DNA from: an uncultured Clostridium sp.
Lineage (GTDB): Bacteria; Bacillota; Clostridia; TANB77; CAG-508
NCBI GenBank assembly: GCA_948471115.1
Contig: CAOKRJ010000003.1
Span: 1 to 59,616, forward strand
Direction of reading: 5' to 3'
Length of the DNA: 59,616 nt
Shown: positions 39,344 to 49,635 of the stretch, in pieces
Position numbering within the stretch: position 1 is the stretch's first letter
Layout of the letters: every line of letters begins with the position of its first letter
The notes under the pieces: generated by a model
The model's input: the letters and a program-made list of their open reading frames with translations, nothing else
Database searches by the model: none
Told to the model about the DNA's origin: nothing
Translations under genes and position numbers: made by a program

Positions 39344-39620
39344 ACAATAATTATCCCTTATTGTTTTCACTCTCATATATATTCTCATAATAGGATTTAT
39401 ACTATTTCTTGGATAACTTATGATATTTTCTATATCAGCATCAATAGAATCAATATAGCTAACAATATAAGCTTCTGCCATATGTTTTTCCATGGTGTCC
39501 ATATGTGTGACAATAATATGAAGTGCTTGATATTTTCTATGCCATCATGACCTGCTGCATGAGTAAATAACTCATCTTTATAATCTCTTAGAATATTTAT
39601 ACAAACTTTTTTAATTCATT
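39317..39620 (-). pseudogene. possible remnant of an HD-superfamily gene
   Basis: Two frames carry ...DELFTHAAGHDGIENIKH... and ...MEKHMAEAYIVSYIDSIDADIENI..., the latter resembling the EA..l...D.lDA end of HD hydrolases. No intact ORF. Confidence 0.25.
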
Positions 39621-39714
39621 ATTTTTTATCTTTTCTGTGAAACAAATTAGTTCTTAAAATTTACTATCCTTTTCTTCTTTACTTAAATTATTAAACATTA
39701 TTATTTCTTCGTTT

Positions 39715-42060
39715 CTATTTTAATTCTACTATTGTAACTCCCATTTCGCCTTCACCAAAGGTTCCGTTTCTGAAACTTTTTACGTGTGGATGTGTTTTTA
39801 TATATGCTTGTATTCCGCTTCTTAGTTTTCCTGTTCCTTTACCATGTACTATTCTTGTTGTTTTCATACTTGTCATACTACATTCGTCTAGGTATTTGTC
39901 TATTATTGGTATTGCTTCATCCACTGTTAGTCCTATTACATTTATTTCTGTGGCTACATTGTTTTTTACATTTATTTCTTTTTTATTCATTTTTTCGCTT
40001 TGCACCTGAGATGTGTTATCTGAATTATTATTTTTTATGAATATGTCTTCTATATGAAAGTCTGTTTTTGCCATTCCTATTTGTACTCTTACTTTGTTTG
40101 ATTTGTTTGGTAGTTTTAATATTGTCCCTTCTTGATTTATACTTCCAATATATACCTTCATTCCTATTTTTATGTCTTCTGGTTTGGTATCTGATTTTAG
40201 TGTACAGTTTTCTATTTTTAATTCTTTTATTTCTTCGTTTAATTTGTTTTTTATTTTGTTCATTTTGTTTTTGTCTTCTTGCTCTGATACTTTTCTTATC
40301 ATGTCCTCTGCTTGGTCTTTTGCATTTAATAGTATTTTTCTAGCTTCATATTTTGCATCATCTATAATTTTTTTTGCTTGTAGTTCTAGTTCTGTATTAT
40401 CTTTTTCTAAACTTTTCTTTAGTTCTTCTATTTCTTTACTGTTTTTTTGTATTTTTTCTTTTTCGTTTTCTATTAATATTTTATTGTCATATATTTCTTT
40501 TAATACGTCTTCTATATTTATGTTTTCTTGTTTGGTTAATTCTTTTGCTCTGTTTAGTATGTGTTCTTCTAAACCTAATCTTTTACTTATTGCAAAGGCA
40601 TTACTTCTTCCTGGTACTCCCATTAATATTTTATATGTTGGTTTCATATTTTCTACATCGAATTCTGAACTTGCATTTTCAAAGTTGTTTGTTGTTATTG
40701 CATAGTTTTTTATTTCTGAGTAGTGCGTTGTTACTACATTTATTGATTGTTTTGCGTTTAATTCTTCTAATATGCTTATTGCTAAGTTTGCACCTTCTGC
40801 TGGGTCTGTTCCTGAACATAGTTCATCTAATAGTATTAAACTTTTTTCTGTTGATTTCTTCATCATGTCTACTATATTTATCATGTGTGATGAAAATGTA
40901 CTTAAGGAGTCTGCTATGCTTTGCTCATCTCCTATGTCTGCAAATATATTATCAAATACATATATTGAACTTTTTTCTCCTGCTGGTATATATAGTCCAC
41001 TCATTCCCATACATGATAATAGTCCTATTGTTTTTAGTGTTACTGTTTTTCCTCCTGTGTTTGGTCCTGTTATTACTAATGTGTTATATTTTTCTCCTAT
41101 TTCTATATCTACTGGTACTACTTTGTCTTTGTCTATTAATGGATGTCTTGCTTTGTTTAGCTTTATTATTTTTTTATCATTTATTATTGGTGCTACACCA
41201 TAGTTTGCTATTCCGAATTTTGCTTTCGCAAATATGAAATCTAGTTTTCCGATTATTTTTATGTTTGTGTCTAATTCTTTGGTTATACCCATGAATAGTT
41301 CTGATAGCTCTTGTTGTATTTTTTGGATTTCGTTTGCTTCTTCTAATTTTAGTGTATTTATTCTGTTGTTCATTTCAAATACTGGTAGTGGTTCTACAAA
41401 TATTGTGGCACCACTTGCTGATATGTCGTGTACAAATCCTTTTATTTCGTTTCTATATTCTTGTTTTACTGGTATTACATATCTTCCATTTCTTATTGTT
41501 ATAAATGCTTCTTGTAGATATTTTGAGTGTAAGTAATTGTTTAGTTTGTTTTTTATTTCGTTTTGTATTTGTTTTATTCTTTTCCTAATTATATATAAAT
41601 TTTTTGATGCATGGTCATCTATTGTATTTTCATCTATGATTGATTTGAACATTTTATCTTCTATTACCATATTTGTATATATGTCAAAAAAGTAGTTTCT
41701 TAGTTTGCTTGTGTCTATATTTTCTATTTTTGATGCTTTTTCATAATATTCTTTTAGTTCCCTAGACATCTTTAGTATTTTCGCTAAGTCTAATAATTGT
41801 TTTATTGATAGGGTTCCACTAGCTTCTAGTGTTCTTAAATGTACATTTATGTTGTCTATTTCGCCTAATGGTATTCCTCCTATTCTATGTGTTAATATAT
41901 CTGCTTGTTCTGTTTCTTTTAAGTTTATTTGTACTTCATTTTTGTTAAATGATGGTTTTAAGTTTTTTACTATTTCTTTTCCTAAGTATGTTACTGCATA
42001 ATTTTCTAGCATTTCTAAGACTTTACTAAATTCTAATTTATCTAAATATTTGTTATCCAT
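39715..42060 (-). CDS. mutS2: endonuclease MutS2 (MutS ATPase + C-terminal Smr)
   Basis: Walker A GPNTGGKT, DELCSGTDP, and a C-terminal Smr domain (RIVHGKGTGKLR). AGGGAGAAAA precedes the ATG at 42060. Confidence 0.9.
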   Translation of the reverse strand: MDNKYLDKLEFSKVLEMLENYAVTYLGKEIVKNLKPSFNKNEVQINLKETEQADILTHRIGGIPLGEIDNINVHLRTLEASGTLSIKQLLDLAKILKMSRELKEYYEKASKIENIDTSKLRNYFFDIYTNMVIEDKMFKSIIDENTIDDHASKNLYIIRKRIKQIQNEIKNKLNNYLHSKYLQEAFITIRNGRYVIPVKQEYRNEIKGFVHDISASGATIFVEPLPVFEMNNRINTLKLEEANEIQKIQQELSELFMGITKELDTNIKIIGKLDFIFAKAKFGIANYGVAPIINDKKIIKLNKARHPLIDKDKVVPVDIEIGEKYNTLVITGPNTGGKTVTLKTIGLLSCMGMSGLYIPAGEKSSIYVFDNIFADIGDEQSIADSLSTFSSHMINIVDMMKKSTEKSLILLDELCSGTDPAEGANLAISILEELNAKQSINVVTTHYSEIKNYAITTNNFENASSEFDVENMKPTYKILMGVPGRSNAFAISKRLGLEEHILNRAKELTKQENINIEDVLKEIYDNKILIENEKEKIQKNSKEIEELKKSLEKDNTELELQAKKIIDDAKYEARKILLNAKDQAEDMIRKVSEQEDKNKMNKIKNKLNEEIKELKIENCTLKSDTKPEDIKIGMKVYIGSINQEGTILKLPNKSNKVRVQIGMAKTDFHIEDIFIKNNNSDNTSQVQSEKMNKKEINVKNNVATEINVIGLTVDEAIPIIDKYLDECSMTSMKTTRIVHGKGTGKLRSGIQAYIKTHPHVKSFRNGTFGEGEMGVTIVELK

Positions 42061-42199
42061 TTTTCTCCCTGCTTCTTCTAAAATTATTGACGATTTTTTA
42101 TTTACTATAATATTTAATATACTATATTTTTTACAAAAAAACAAGTAAATTTGCATTTAATATAGTATTTGAAATAAATATCCTTTTAAATATTCTATT

Positions 42200-42617
42200 C
42201 TTTCATTAGTGCTTTTTTAATTCATTATTTTATCTAAACTAATTTCTTTTCTATATCACAAAAAGATATTTCTTTATCTATTATTTTATCTGTTTCTATA
42301 TTAAAAAGCAAATATAATATACTTGGCTTTAATCTAACTCCCATATAGTCTATTTTTTTATTTAACTGAAAAGTCTCTATTTCTTTACTAAATCCTGCAA
42401 TGCAAATCGCATTATTAGCAATAATCTATCACAATATCAATACATGCATTTGGCGAAATGTTGTTAGCTATGGTTTTATCTAATATATTTTTTGATTTCA
42501 TTGTCCAAATACTCATACAATAATTTTAAAGTTCTTTTATATTATATTCTACATATTCTATATTTTCCTTAAATTCTTTATCTAATAAATATGGTATCTG
42601 TTTTGTATAATACATAT
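42200..42617 (-). pseudogene. remnant of an AraC-type regulator N-terminal domain
   Basis: Minus-strand pieces MYYTKQIPYLLDKEF..., ...NISPNACIDIV... and IAGFSKEIETFQLNKKIDYMGVRLKPSILYLLFNIETDKIIDKEISFCDI are separated by stops. No HTH part follows. Confidence 0.35.
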
Positions 42618-42648
42618 ATTACTTCCTTTCAAAATTATAATTTGTATT

Positions 42649-43341
42649 TTACTTTTTTAATGCCTTTAATAAGAATTTTTCAACTTCTCGATTAAATCTT
42701 TCTGATTCTTTATTCGCAATAAAATGATTACCACTAATAATTGACAATTCTGCATTTTGTATATTATAGGCTATTTCTCTTGTATGCTTTTCTTTAATCA
42801 TATCATTTTTCCCTGCTATAACAAGTGTTGGTATTTGAATAGAATGTATTTCTTCAATTTTTATATTTGGCTCATTAACCATCAAACCTAATAATTCCAT
42901 ATTCTTTTTGGCATCTTTAGATTTTTTTGAAAATATTTTCGTTAATCTATATCCCATTTCAATAGGAATTTGTATTATTTTTTTTACACCTTTTGTATTT
43001 AGGTTTCCACCATTCAATATCAATGCTTTTATTTTATTAGAATATTTTAATGCAAATTTCATTGCAATATTTGCACCATCAGAAAAGCCTAATAAAATTA
43101 TGTTTGAAATTTCTAATTTTTCCAGAAAATTATTCAAATCCTCTACAAATTGCTCCATTGTAAATGGGGCTGTTCCTCTTGGAGATTTTCCTTGTCCCCT
43201 AGTATCTATTGCAATCATTCTAAAATCTTTAGAAAAGTATTCAATTTGATTTTTAAAATAATCTCCACTTTCACTATTTCCATGTAGTAGAACAAAAGGT
43301 ATTCCTTTACCTTTTTCTTGATAATATAATGAAATATCCAT
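42649..43341 (-). CDS. alpha/beta hydrolase
   Basis: VLLHGNSESG oxyanion region, nucleophile elbow GFSDGA, and a C-terminal His region. Confidence 0.8.
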   Translation of the reverse strand: MDISLYYQEKGKGIPFVLLHGNSESGDYFKNQIEYFSKDFRMIAIDTRGQGKSPRGTAPFTMEQFVEDLNNFLEKLEISNIILLGFSDGANIAMKFALKYSNKIKALILNGGNLNTKGVKKIIQIPIEMGYRLTKIFSKKSKDAKKNMELLGLMVNEPNIKIEEIHSIQIPTLVIAGKNDMIKEKHTREIAYNIQNAELSIISGNHFIANKESERFNREVEKFLLKALKK

Positions 43342-43370
43342 TTATCCCTCCAATTACCTGTAATTCGTTA

Positions 43371-44240
43371 CTATAATTCATTTTCTAATAGAATAACTTT
43401 TGTTACCTTAGTTAATTTAGCTGGATAACTTTCTAATACACTTCCTGTCGAAGTAATAGAAACATTTTGACCTTCTTTTAAATTTGATACATTTAGTTCT
43501 GTATAACTTGATTTTATAGATTTAGGATTTATCCATAATATTTTTGTTTCACTATCAATAGAAAAATCAAATTCTCCTCTATGATTTATATCGTTTGTTT
43601 CAATACCTTCTATTAAAATCGTTGTTATACCATTGTATTCGCTTATTTTTTTTATTTTCGCATCAAATGTATCTTCTTCTGTTTTTTCTTTATTTTGATT
43701 ATTATTCATTTTATTAGAAATAATATTATTGATTGTTTCTAAATCTTCTGTTGAAATTGTTGCTTGTTTATCTCCTTTTTGTATTTCTTTGCAATCTTCT
43801 TTAATATAATAAACATCATTATTAAAAATTATTTTGTGAGTATTTATTCCCAGACACATTTCATTATGATATTTTGAATTTACTAATATGTTTTCAATAA
43901 TTCCTATATCTTTTATGTCAGTTATAGTAATTATTTGTCCTCCATATTCAATTTCAATAACTTTAGATTTAGGCAATTCATATTTCATAAACCAACTTCC
44001 CATTTTTACACCAATATTACTTTCGTAAGGCTCTTTGGGAGATACTCCAACATATCTAATAACTTTATAACCTAATCCCCAATAAGTAACTTTATTTCCA
44101 TCATTACTAACTATTTTAATACAATACTTTGGCTCATGTCCTGTTGTTACCATTCCACTATCTGCATAATTTGTTATAATTCCTGCAACTATAAGTACCA
44201 TTAAAAATATTCCTACACCAATACATATTTTCTTTTTCAT
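43371..44240 (-). CDS. hypothetical exported protein with DUF3221-like C-terminus
   Basis: N-terminal TM or signal sequence. The C-terminal ...LKEGQNVSITSTGSVLESYPAKLTKVTKV resembles the YobA/DUF3221 pattern. Confidence 0.6.
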   Translation of the reverse strand: MKKKICIGVGIFLMVLIVAGIITNYADSGMVTTGHEPKYCIKIVSNDGNKVTYWGLGYKVIRYVGVSPKEPYESNIGVKMGSWFMKYELPKSKVIEIEYGGQIITITDIKDIGIIENILVNSKYHNEMCLGINTHKIIFNNDVYYIKEDCKEIQKGDKQATISTEDLETINNIISNKMNNNQNKEKTEEDTFDAKIKKISEYNGITTILIEGIETNDINHRGEFDFSIDSETKILWINPKSIKSSYTELNVSNLKEGQNVSITSTGSVLESYPAKLTKVTKVILLENEL

Positions 44241-44394
44241 AAGATAAATCTCCTAATAATTAAATCTCATCTCAGCGACAACTTACTATTGCCTAGGTAA
44301 TTATATCAAAAAACTGTTTAAAAGTATAGAAAATTAATACAATTCCTTTTTTAATAGTTATGAGTCAAGACTAACATTGTCCCTTAATTTAATA

Positions 44395-45489
44395 ATGGAA
44401 GGAGCCTACAAAAATCCTAGATTACCTCAAACAGCAAGAACAGAAAAAGAGACAAGTTAATCCTACTACAATAAGACTGTCAGTTTAAAAAACATAGAAA
44501 CTTACATAAATACAATAAAATATCATGTTATAGTAGATTTCAAAGACTATATGTTAGCGAAATTAGTAAAGATTTATTAGAAAACTATATCAATGAGCAA
44601 AGACAGAAAACACCTAGACTTGCTAAAGATTTATTCTTGCTTATTAGAGCCGTATTAACTTATGCAAAAGACAAAAAAGGCTTAATTAAGAAGTTCCAAA
44701 CTTTGACTTGAAATTTCAAAAGAAAAAAAGAGCAAAAGTGACAAAAGTATGCTATTTGCCAGAAGAAAGGCAAAAAGTATGGCTTGATGTATGCGAACAA
44801 GATAAAAGACCATTTGCACTACTCTTTGCAACACTTCTTCAAACTGGTATGCGACCAGAAGAAGGTTGTGGGCTAAAATGGAAATCTATTCATTTTAATC
44901 AGAATAAAATTAAAGTGGAAAATACTTACAAGGATATTACATTATATGATGATGAAATGAATATTACAGGACATATTATGACTGATGGAGATTTAAAAAT
45001 TACAGAAAGTTATCGTAATATACCAATGACACCAAGATTAAAAGAAATGTTACTTAATCTAAAAAAAGAAAAAATGAATAACTTACAACATGGACAAGAA
45101 TGGAATAATAACGATTATGTATTTTCGAATACTATTGGAACACCTTATGTCCAGAAAGATTAATAAAAAAGATTGCAGAATTTATTAAAAAACATAAACT
45201 AGAACACATGACAATTTATGGATTTAGACATTCTTTTGCAACTTTAATGAGTGAAAAAGGTATGGATAAAGAAGTTTTACGAGAATTAATGGGACATGCC
45301 GAATTTGAAACTACAGATTTTTACTATATTCATGTATCAGAAGAACGAAAGAAAAAAGAATTTGAAAGAGTAAATTTTGAACAATTTCAGGGGAAAACAA
45401 AAACTGCTGAAAGTCAGTCTACACAAATAAAACGATACTTTTTAAAGAAAAAGCCTAAAAAAAAGAAAAGAGTTCTCAAACTGGCTTGA
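44395..45489 (+). pseudogene. int: tyrosine recombinase (phage-type integrase), multiply disrupted
   Basis: N-terminal SAM-like pieces (ENYINEQRQKTPRLAKDLFLLIRAVLTYAKDKKG) carry stops. The catalytic domain is split between ORFs 44708..45163 (GMRPEEGCGLKW) and 45208..45489 (YGFRHSFATLM ... TTDFYYIH) by a frameshift near 45150. Confidence 0.8.
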
Positions 45490-45507
45490 GAACTGCAATT
45501 CTCTTGA

Positions 45508-45583
45508 TGGTGCACCCAGAGGGATTCGAACCCCCGTCTTCAAGTTCGTAGCCTGATATTCTATCCAATTAGACTATGGGTGC
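45508..45583 (-). tRNA. tRNA-Arg(ACG), CCA encoded
   Basis: Reverse complement is GCACCCATAGTCTAATTGGATAGAATATCAGGCTACGAACTTGAAGACGGGGGTTCGAATCCCTCTGGGTGCACCA. The anticodon loop is CUACGAA. Its 3' end faces the integrase remnant. Confidence 0.9.
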
Positions 45584-45698
45584 ATGTAGAAATATGTAAA
45601 CTATATTTACATATGAAATTTATATTAAGGGGAATTTCAGGGGAAAACTTTTCATACTATCTCTTGAAATCCCTAAATATCAATATTTATAAACTTAA

Positions 45699-45746
45699 GG
45701 GTGTGCGTTTCGTAGCCAGCATTTCTATTCAGCTACACTATGAGTT
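45699..45746 (-). pseudogene. tRNA-Arg(ACG)-like 5' half (pseudo-tRNA)
   Basis: The reverse complement CTCATAGTGTAGCTGAATAGAAATGCTGGCTACGAA matches D-arm and anticodon-loop positions of the tRNA-Arg genes. The anticodon stem and T-arm are missing. Confidence 0.4.
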
Positions 45747-45796
45747 TAAGTTATATGTTTATAATTATACTTTTTTTTATTATATTTTTCAAGTGT

Positions 45797-45825
45797 ATTT
45801 TTTAATTTTTGTAATTAATTTTGTA
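45797..45825. repeat. AT-rich 29-bp repeat R, copy 1
   Basis: ATTTTTTAATTTTTGTAATTAATTTTGTA directly abuts the left inverted repeat of IS copy 1. Confidence 0.9.
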
Positions 45826-47005
45826 GGTTTGTCAAACATATGTCACACTCTCTTAGAGTTGTCTGTATTTGAAATACCTAATATCTGTAGTCTGCTCCTC
45901 ACAACTTCGTTGTGGCACTTAAGAAAATTGATAATATGTACCATTTTATGCACTTTTCTTAAGTTTATATTCTTTTAGCTGTTCATTTGGACTCTTCCAT
46001 CCTAATGGTTTCATTGGAAAATTATTATATTCTTTTTCTAAATATCCTAACTTCTTTTCAAACTCTTCAAAACTTTCAAACTTTCTTTTGTAATAAAATC
46101 TTTCTTGGTCTTTTCTGTGACTTCTTTCTACTTTTCCATTATGTCTTGGCGTTTTTGGTTTTATTAATTTATGTCTTATATTTTCCTTCTCTAATGCCTT
46201 TTCAAATTTCGTTTTCTTTTCTGTCCCTTGTGGATTTAATCTATTTGTGAATTCCGTTCCATTATCTGTTTGTATACATTCTATTTTGAATGGAAATTTC
46301 TTTATTATTATTTTTAAAAATTCCTCTGATGCATATGTACTTTGTTCTTTACTTGCCCATAGTACTCTCTTCCTTGTATATTCATCTATTGCTGTCATTG
46401 GTAATATCTTCCATCTTCCTCTTTTATTTCTTTTGTTAAACAATTTAATGGTACATATTTTAATCTACTTGTACTCTTTCTCCTGGATACGTCATTTGTT
46501 GATACGGCTTTGGCTCATATTGTTTTTTCTTACTTGGTGTTTTTTCATATATTCCTATTCGTTGCATTACTCTGTATAGACTAGTTATACTTCTTGTGTA
46601 TCCTTTTCTTTTTAGCTTTATCCATAGTACTACTAACCCTGTTTCTTTATTTTTTGCTTTGTAATCTTTTATCATTTTTATTTCTTGTTCGCTATGTTGG
46701 CTTGGATGGCTTTGTGGTCTTCTTGATCTCTCTTTTAGCGATTTTGCTGTTCCATCATATCTTTCTCTCCATCTATATATTGTTTTTCGATACATTTTAA
46801 ATTTTATTGCTGCTTTTGTTACTCCATGTCTATACAAATATTCTACTACTGTTTGCTTATATTGTATATCTTGTGTTATACTATTACTCATAGGAAATAC
46901 CTCCAATATTTTAAGTGTTTTGTGGTTAAAACTACTTTATCATATTTTGGTATTTCCTTCAATTTTTTATTTCTTATATTGGGTGTGTCATATCTATTGT
47001 AAACC
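45826..47005 (-). mobile_element. IS481-like insertion sequence 1, transposase disrupted by two frameshifts
   Basis: Terminal inverted repeats are GGTTTGTCAAACATATGTCACAC (left) and GGTTTACAATAGATATGACACAC (reverse complement of the right end). ORF 46460..46906 carries the HTH part, ending PGERVQVD. A third frame has KYVPLNCLTKEIKEEDGRYYQ. ORF 45946..46443 carries the rve core (TAIDEYTR, TDNGTEF, PRHNGKVERSH). Confidence 0.8.
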
Positions 47006-47009
47006 TATA

Positions 47010-47038
47010 ATTTTTTAATTTTTGTAATTAATTTTGTA
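47010..47038. repeat. AT-rich 29-bp repeat R, copy 2
   Basis: Identical to copy 1. Lies between the two IS elements, separated from them by TATA and TA. Confidence 0.9.
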
Positions 47039-47040
47039 TA

Positions 47041-48277
47041 AGTGTTAATGATGTGAAACAAACTTTTATAAAAAATTTGTAGTATTATTAAATTTATTAT
47101 TGGTGCTATCGCACCAGTATTTAGAAAAATATATTAAAATAACATTCCGCTACGCTTCATTAATGTTTTATTATACTTTTCTAAATTTTTATGTTATTTG
47201 CATTTCTTGTTCTTCTCTTTTCTCTTTTGGTGTTAAATATCCTAATACTGCCATTGGTATGTTGTTTGACCTCTTTAAATATGCTTTCCCTTGTTTTATT
47301 AACTCTTCTAAACTATAAAATTTTAAATATCTATAAAATCTTTCATTATCATTTCTATGACTTCTTTCTACTTTTCCATTATGCTCTGGTGTTCTTGGTC
47401 TTATCTTGTAATGATTAATTTTTAATTTCTTTAACAATGTATCCATGGGGTGTTCTTTCTTTATTTTGACTTGATTATAGCTAAATTCTGTACCATTATC
47501 TGTTTGTATTGTTTTCGGTTTGTATCCCAAATATTCTATACATCTTTTTATAAAATCTACTGTATTCTCTGGTGTTAGTTCTTCATACCACCATAAAAAT
47601 CTTTCTCTACTAGCTTCATCTATGTATGTATATTGATAATATCTTTTATCTTCTGGTAATTTTTCTTTACATTCATTTGGTACATACTTTGCATCTATTT
47701 TCCACTTTTCCCCTATATTTTTTGGTGTTTCATATTTCTTATTATGTTTTTTCTTTGATGTATTTTTTATATTCATTCCTTTGTAAAACTTTATATTTAG
47801 TCTTTTTATTACTCGATATAATGATGTTATTTTTCTTGTATATCCCTTTTCTCTTTTTAACTTTGCCCATAATTCACATAATGTTATTCTTGGATTTCTT
47901 CTTACATAGTTTCTTATTCATTTTATTTCTTGATTTGTATGTGATTTTGGGTGTCTTGTTTTGGGTTTATGACTTTTATCTTCAAGGCTTTCCTTTGTCC
48001 CATCATATTTTTTTACCCTTCTCCATAGTGAATATCTTGATATATGATATTTCCTGCAAGTATACTCTATATCTCCATTATTTAAATAGGTCTTTACTGC
48101 ATTTTCTTTAGTTTTTACATCATGTGGCAAATATCTCTTTGTATTTTTCGGTTTTTGTGATATACTATTATCCATAAGAGATTCAAGTCCTTTCGTATAA
48201 TTTTGATTTCAACAATTCAATTATACTACTTGAATCACTTTTTTCTACTCCTTTTGTTTCACATCAATTGTAACACT
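47041..48277 (-). mobile_element. IS481-like insertion sequence 2, transposase interrupted by a single in-frame TGA
   Basis: Inverted repeats are AGTGTTAATGATGTGAAAC and AGTGTTACAATTGATGTGAAAC. ORFs 47918..48175 and 47189..47776 are in the same frame. Reading through the TGA at 47918-47920 gives ...HTNQEIK*IRNYVRRNPRITLCELWAKLKREKGY...YIDEASRE...TDNGTEF...PEHNGKVERSH (~327 aa). Confidence 0.8.
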
Positions 48278-48280
48278 ACA

Positions 48281-48305
48281 ATTTTTTAATTTTTGTAATT
48301 AATTT
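48281..48305. repeat. AT-rich repeat R, copy 3 (25 bp shared)
   Basis: ATTTTTTAATTTTTGTAATTAATTT, then ATGA instead of TGTA. It abuts the right end of IS 2 after ACA. Confidence 0.9.
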
Positions 48306-48751
48306 ATGATAAAATCCTCCTAAGAAAATATTTCATGAAAATAATACCACTTGGAAAAGATAAGGAAATGAGATATTTAATGAATAAATAAGAACAATTA
48401 AAAGAAAATATTATCAAATTATTAAATATATTAATATTTTTAACTATTTACTTTAGTATATAGCCCAATTTATTAATACTGATATTCCTCAAGTTTATAA
48501 ATTATCCTATTTAATATATTCATATTTCCAGATATAGTATATATTAAATTTAATTCAAATATTTCTATTAATATCCAATTTTATTTCTCTACTATCATTA
48601 ATGTAAATGCAATGTAATATTTTCTTTTTTCTCCATATCTTATTTTTTTATAATTATTATTTAATATTCTTTTATTTTATTCTTTTTTTGTGTTGAAACT
48701 ATTATCAAAATATGCTTTATTTTTATGACTTTTTTTAATTATTCGGATTTT

Positions 48752-48879
48752 TATAAAAAAAGACTTACAGGAGTTTATGTGTCTCCTGTAAGAAAATATT
48801 ATAATGGGGGCTATGTAGAGGAAAGCTTTTCTGAAAATTTGGGAGCCAGAAAAAAGATTAAAATTTTTCTTTCCCCTAC
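48752..48879 (-). ncRNA. candidate small RNA: 11-bp hairpin plus rho-independent terminator
   Basis: The minus strand has GUAGGGGAAAG...CUUUCCUCUAC (48879-48815), with a G-U on minus that is A-C on plus. This is followed by CUUACAGGAG-N9-CUCCUGUAAG and then GUCUUUUUUUAU (48792-48752). No ORF. Confidence 0.35.
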
Positions 48880-49094
48880 AAGTTTAAAAACATAATAAAT
48901 TTTTACAGTAAATAAAATTTCAATTTTTAAATAGTAAAATTTTATATACTGTTTTTTATACTTTTATCTAACAGGATTTTGTTACTAGATTTTAAAAAAT
49001 TTGGATACAAAAGATATTTGATTTATTGATAAAAATATATAAAGAATGAATTTTGTTCTTTCTTTATATATAATAACATTTTCACCATAATATG

Positions 49095-49635
49095 TCAACA
49101 ACTTTTTATCGACAACATTCGACAAACCACTATTGCAGTAGTAATTCCAACTATATCTGCAATTAATGCTGCATATAGCACAAATCTTATTTTTTTTATT
49201 TTCACTACTCCTGTATATACTGCTATTGTATATAATGTTGTTTCAGTTGCTCCCATTATTACAGATGCGATTATTCCCATTTGACTATCTACTCCATATG
49301 TTTTCATTATATCAGTTGCTGTGGCTATTGATGCACTTCCGAGAAATTGGCCTTAATAGTGCTAATGGCAATATTTCTATCGGAAATTTTATTATTTCTA
49401 ATATTGGAGATAATATTTTTCCTATACCTTCTATTAGTCCAGAACTCCTTAATGCTCCTATTGCTAGAAATAGTCCTATTAACGTCGGTAAAATTTTTAC
49501 GGTTGTTTTTAGTCCCTCCTTTGTTCCTTCTATAAATATATCGAATACCTTCTTTCTTTCTGTTAATCCATATAGTATAATTACAAGTATTACTAATGGT
49601 ACTGCTATTATTGATATGTAGTTGATTATTTCCAT
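49095..49635 (-). pseudogene. spmB: spore maturation protein B, frameshifted
   Basis: ORF 49312..49635 ends ...LALLRPISRKCINSHSN*. Shifting one nt at ATTTCTCGGAAGT (~49340) gives RPISGSASIATATDIMKTYGVDSQMG, continuous with ORF 49095..49307. Confidence 0.8.

Noticed and set aside
38782-39502. Minus-strand ORFs 38782..39039, 39041..39262 and 39127..39315 near spoIIR.
   Set aside because: They are antisense to spoIIR or to the better-supported 55-aa plus-strand cassette. They have no RBS and no recognisable family. ORF 39317..39502 is treated as part of gene debris.
45797-48305. The three R repeats as a CRISPR array interrupted by IS elements.
   Set aside because: The repeats directly abut the IS inverted repeats with 0-4 bp between them, leaving no spacer remnants. 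No cas genes or leader are present, and only three copies exist.
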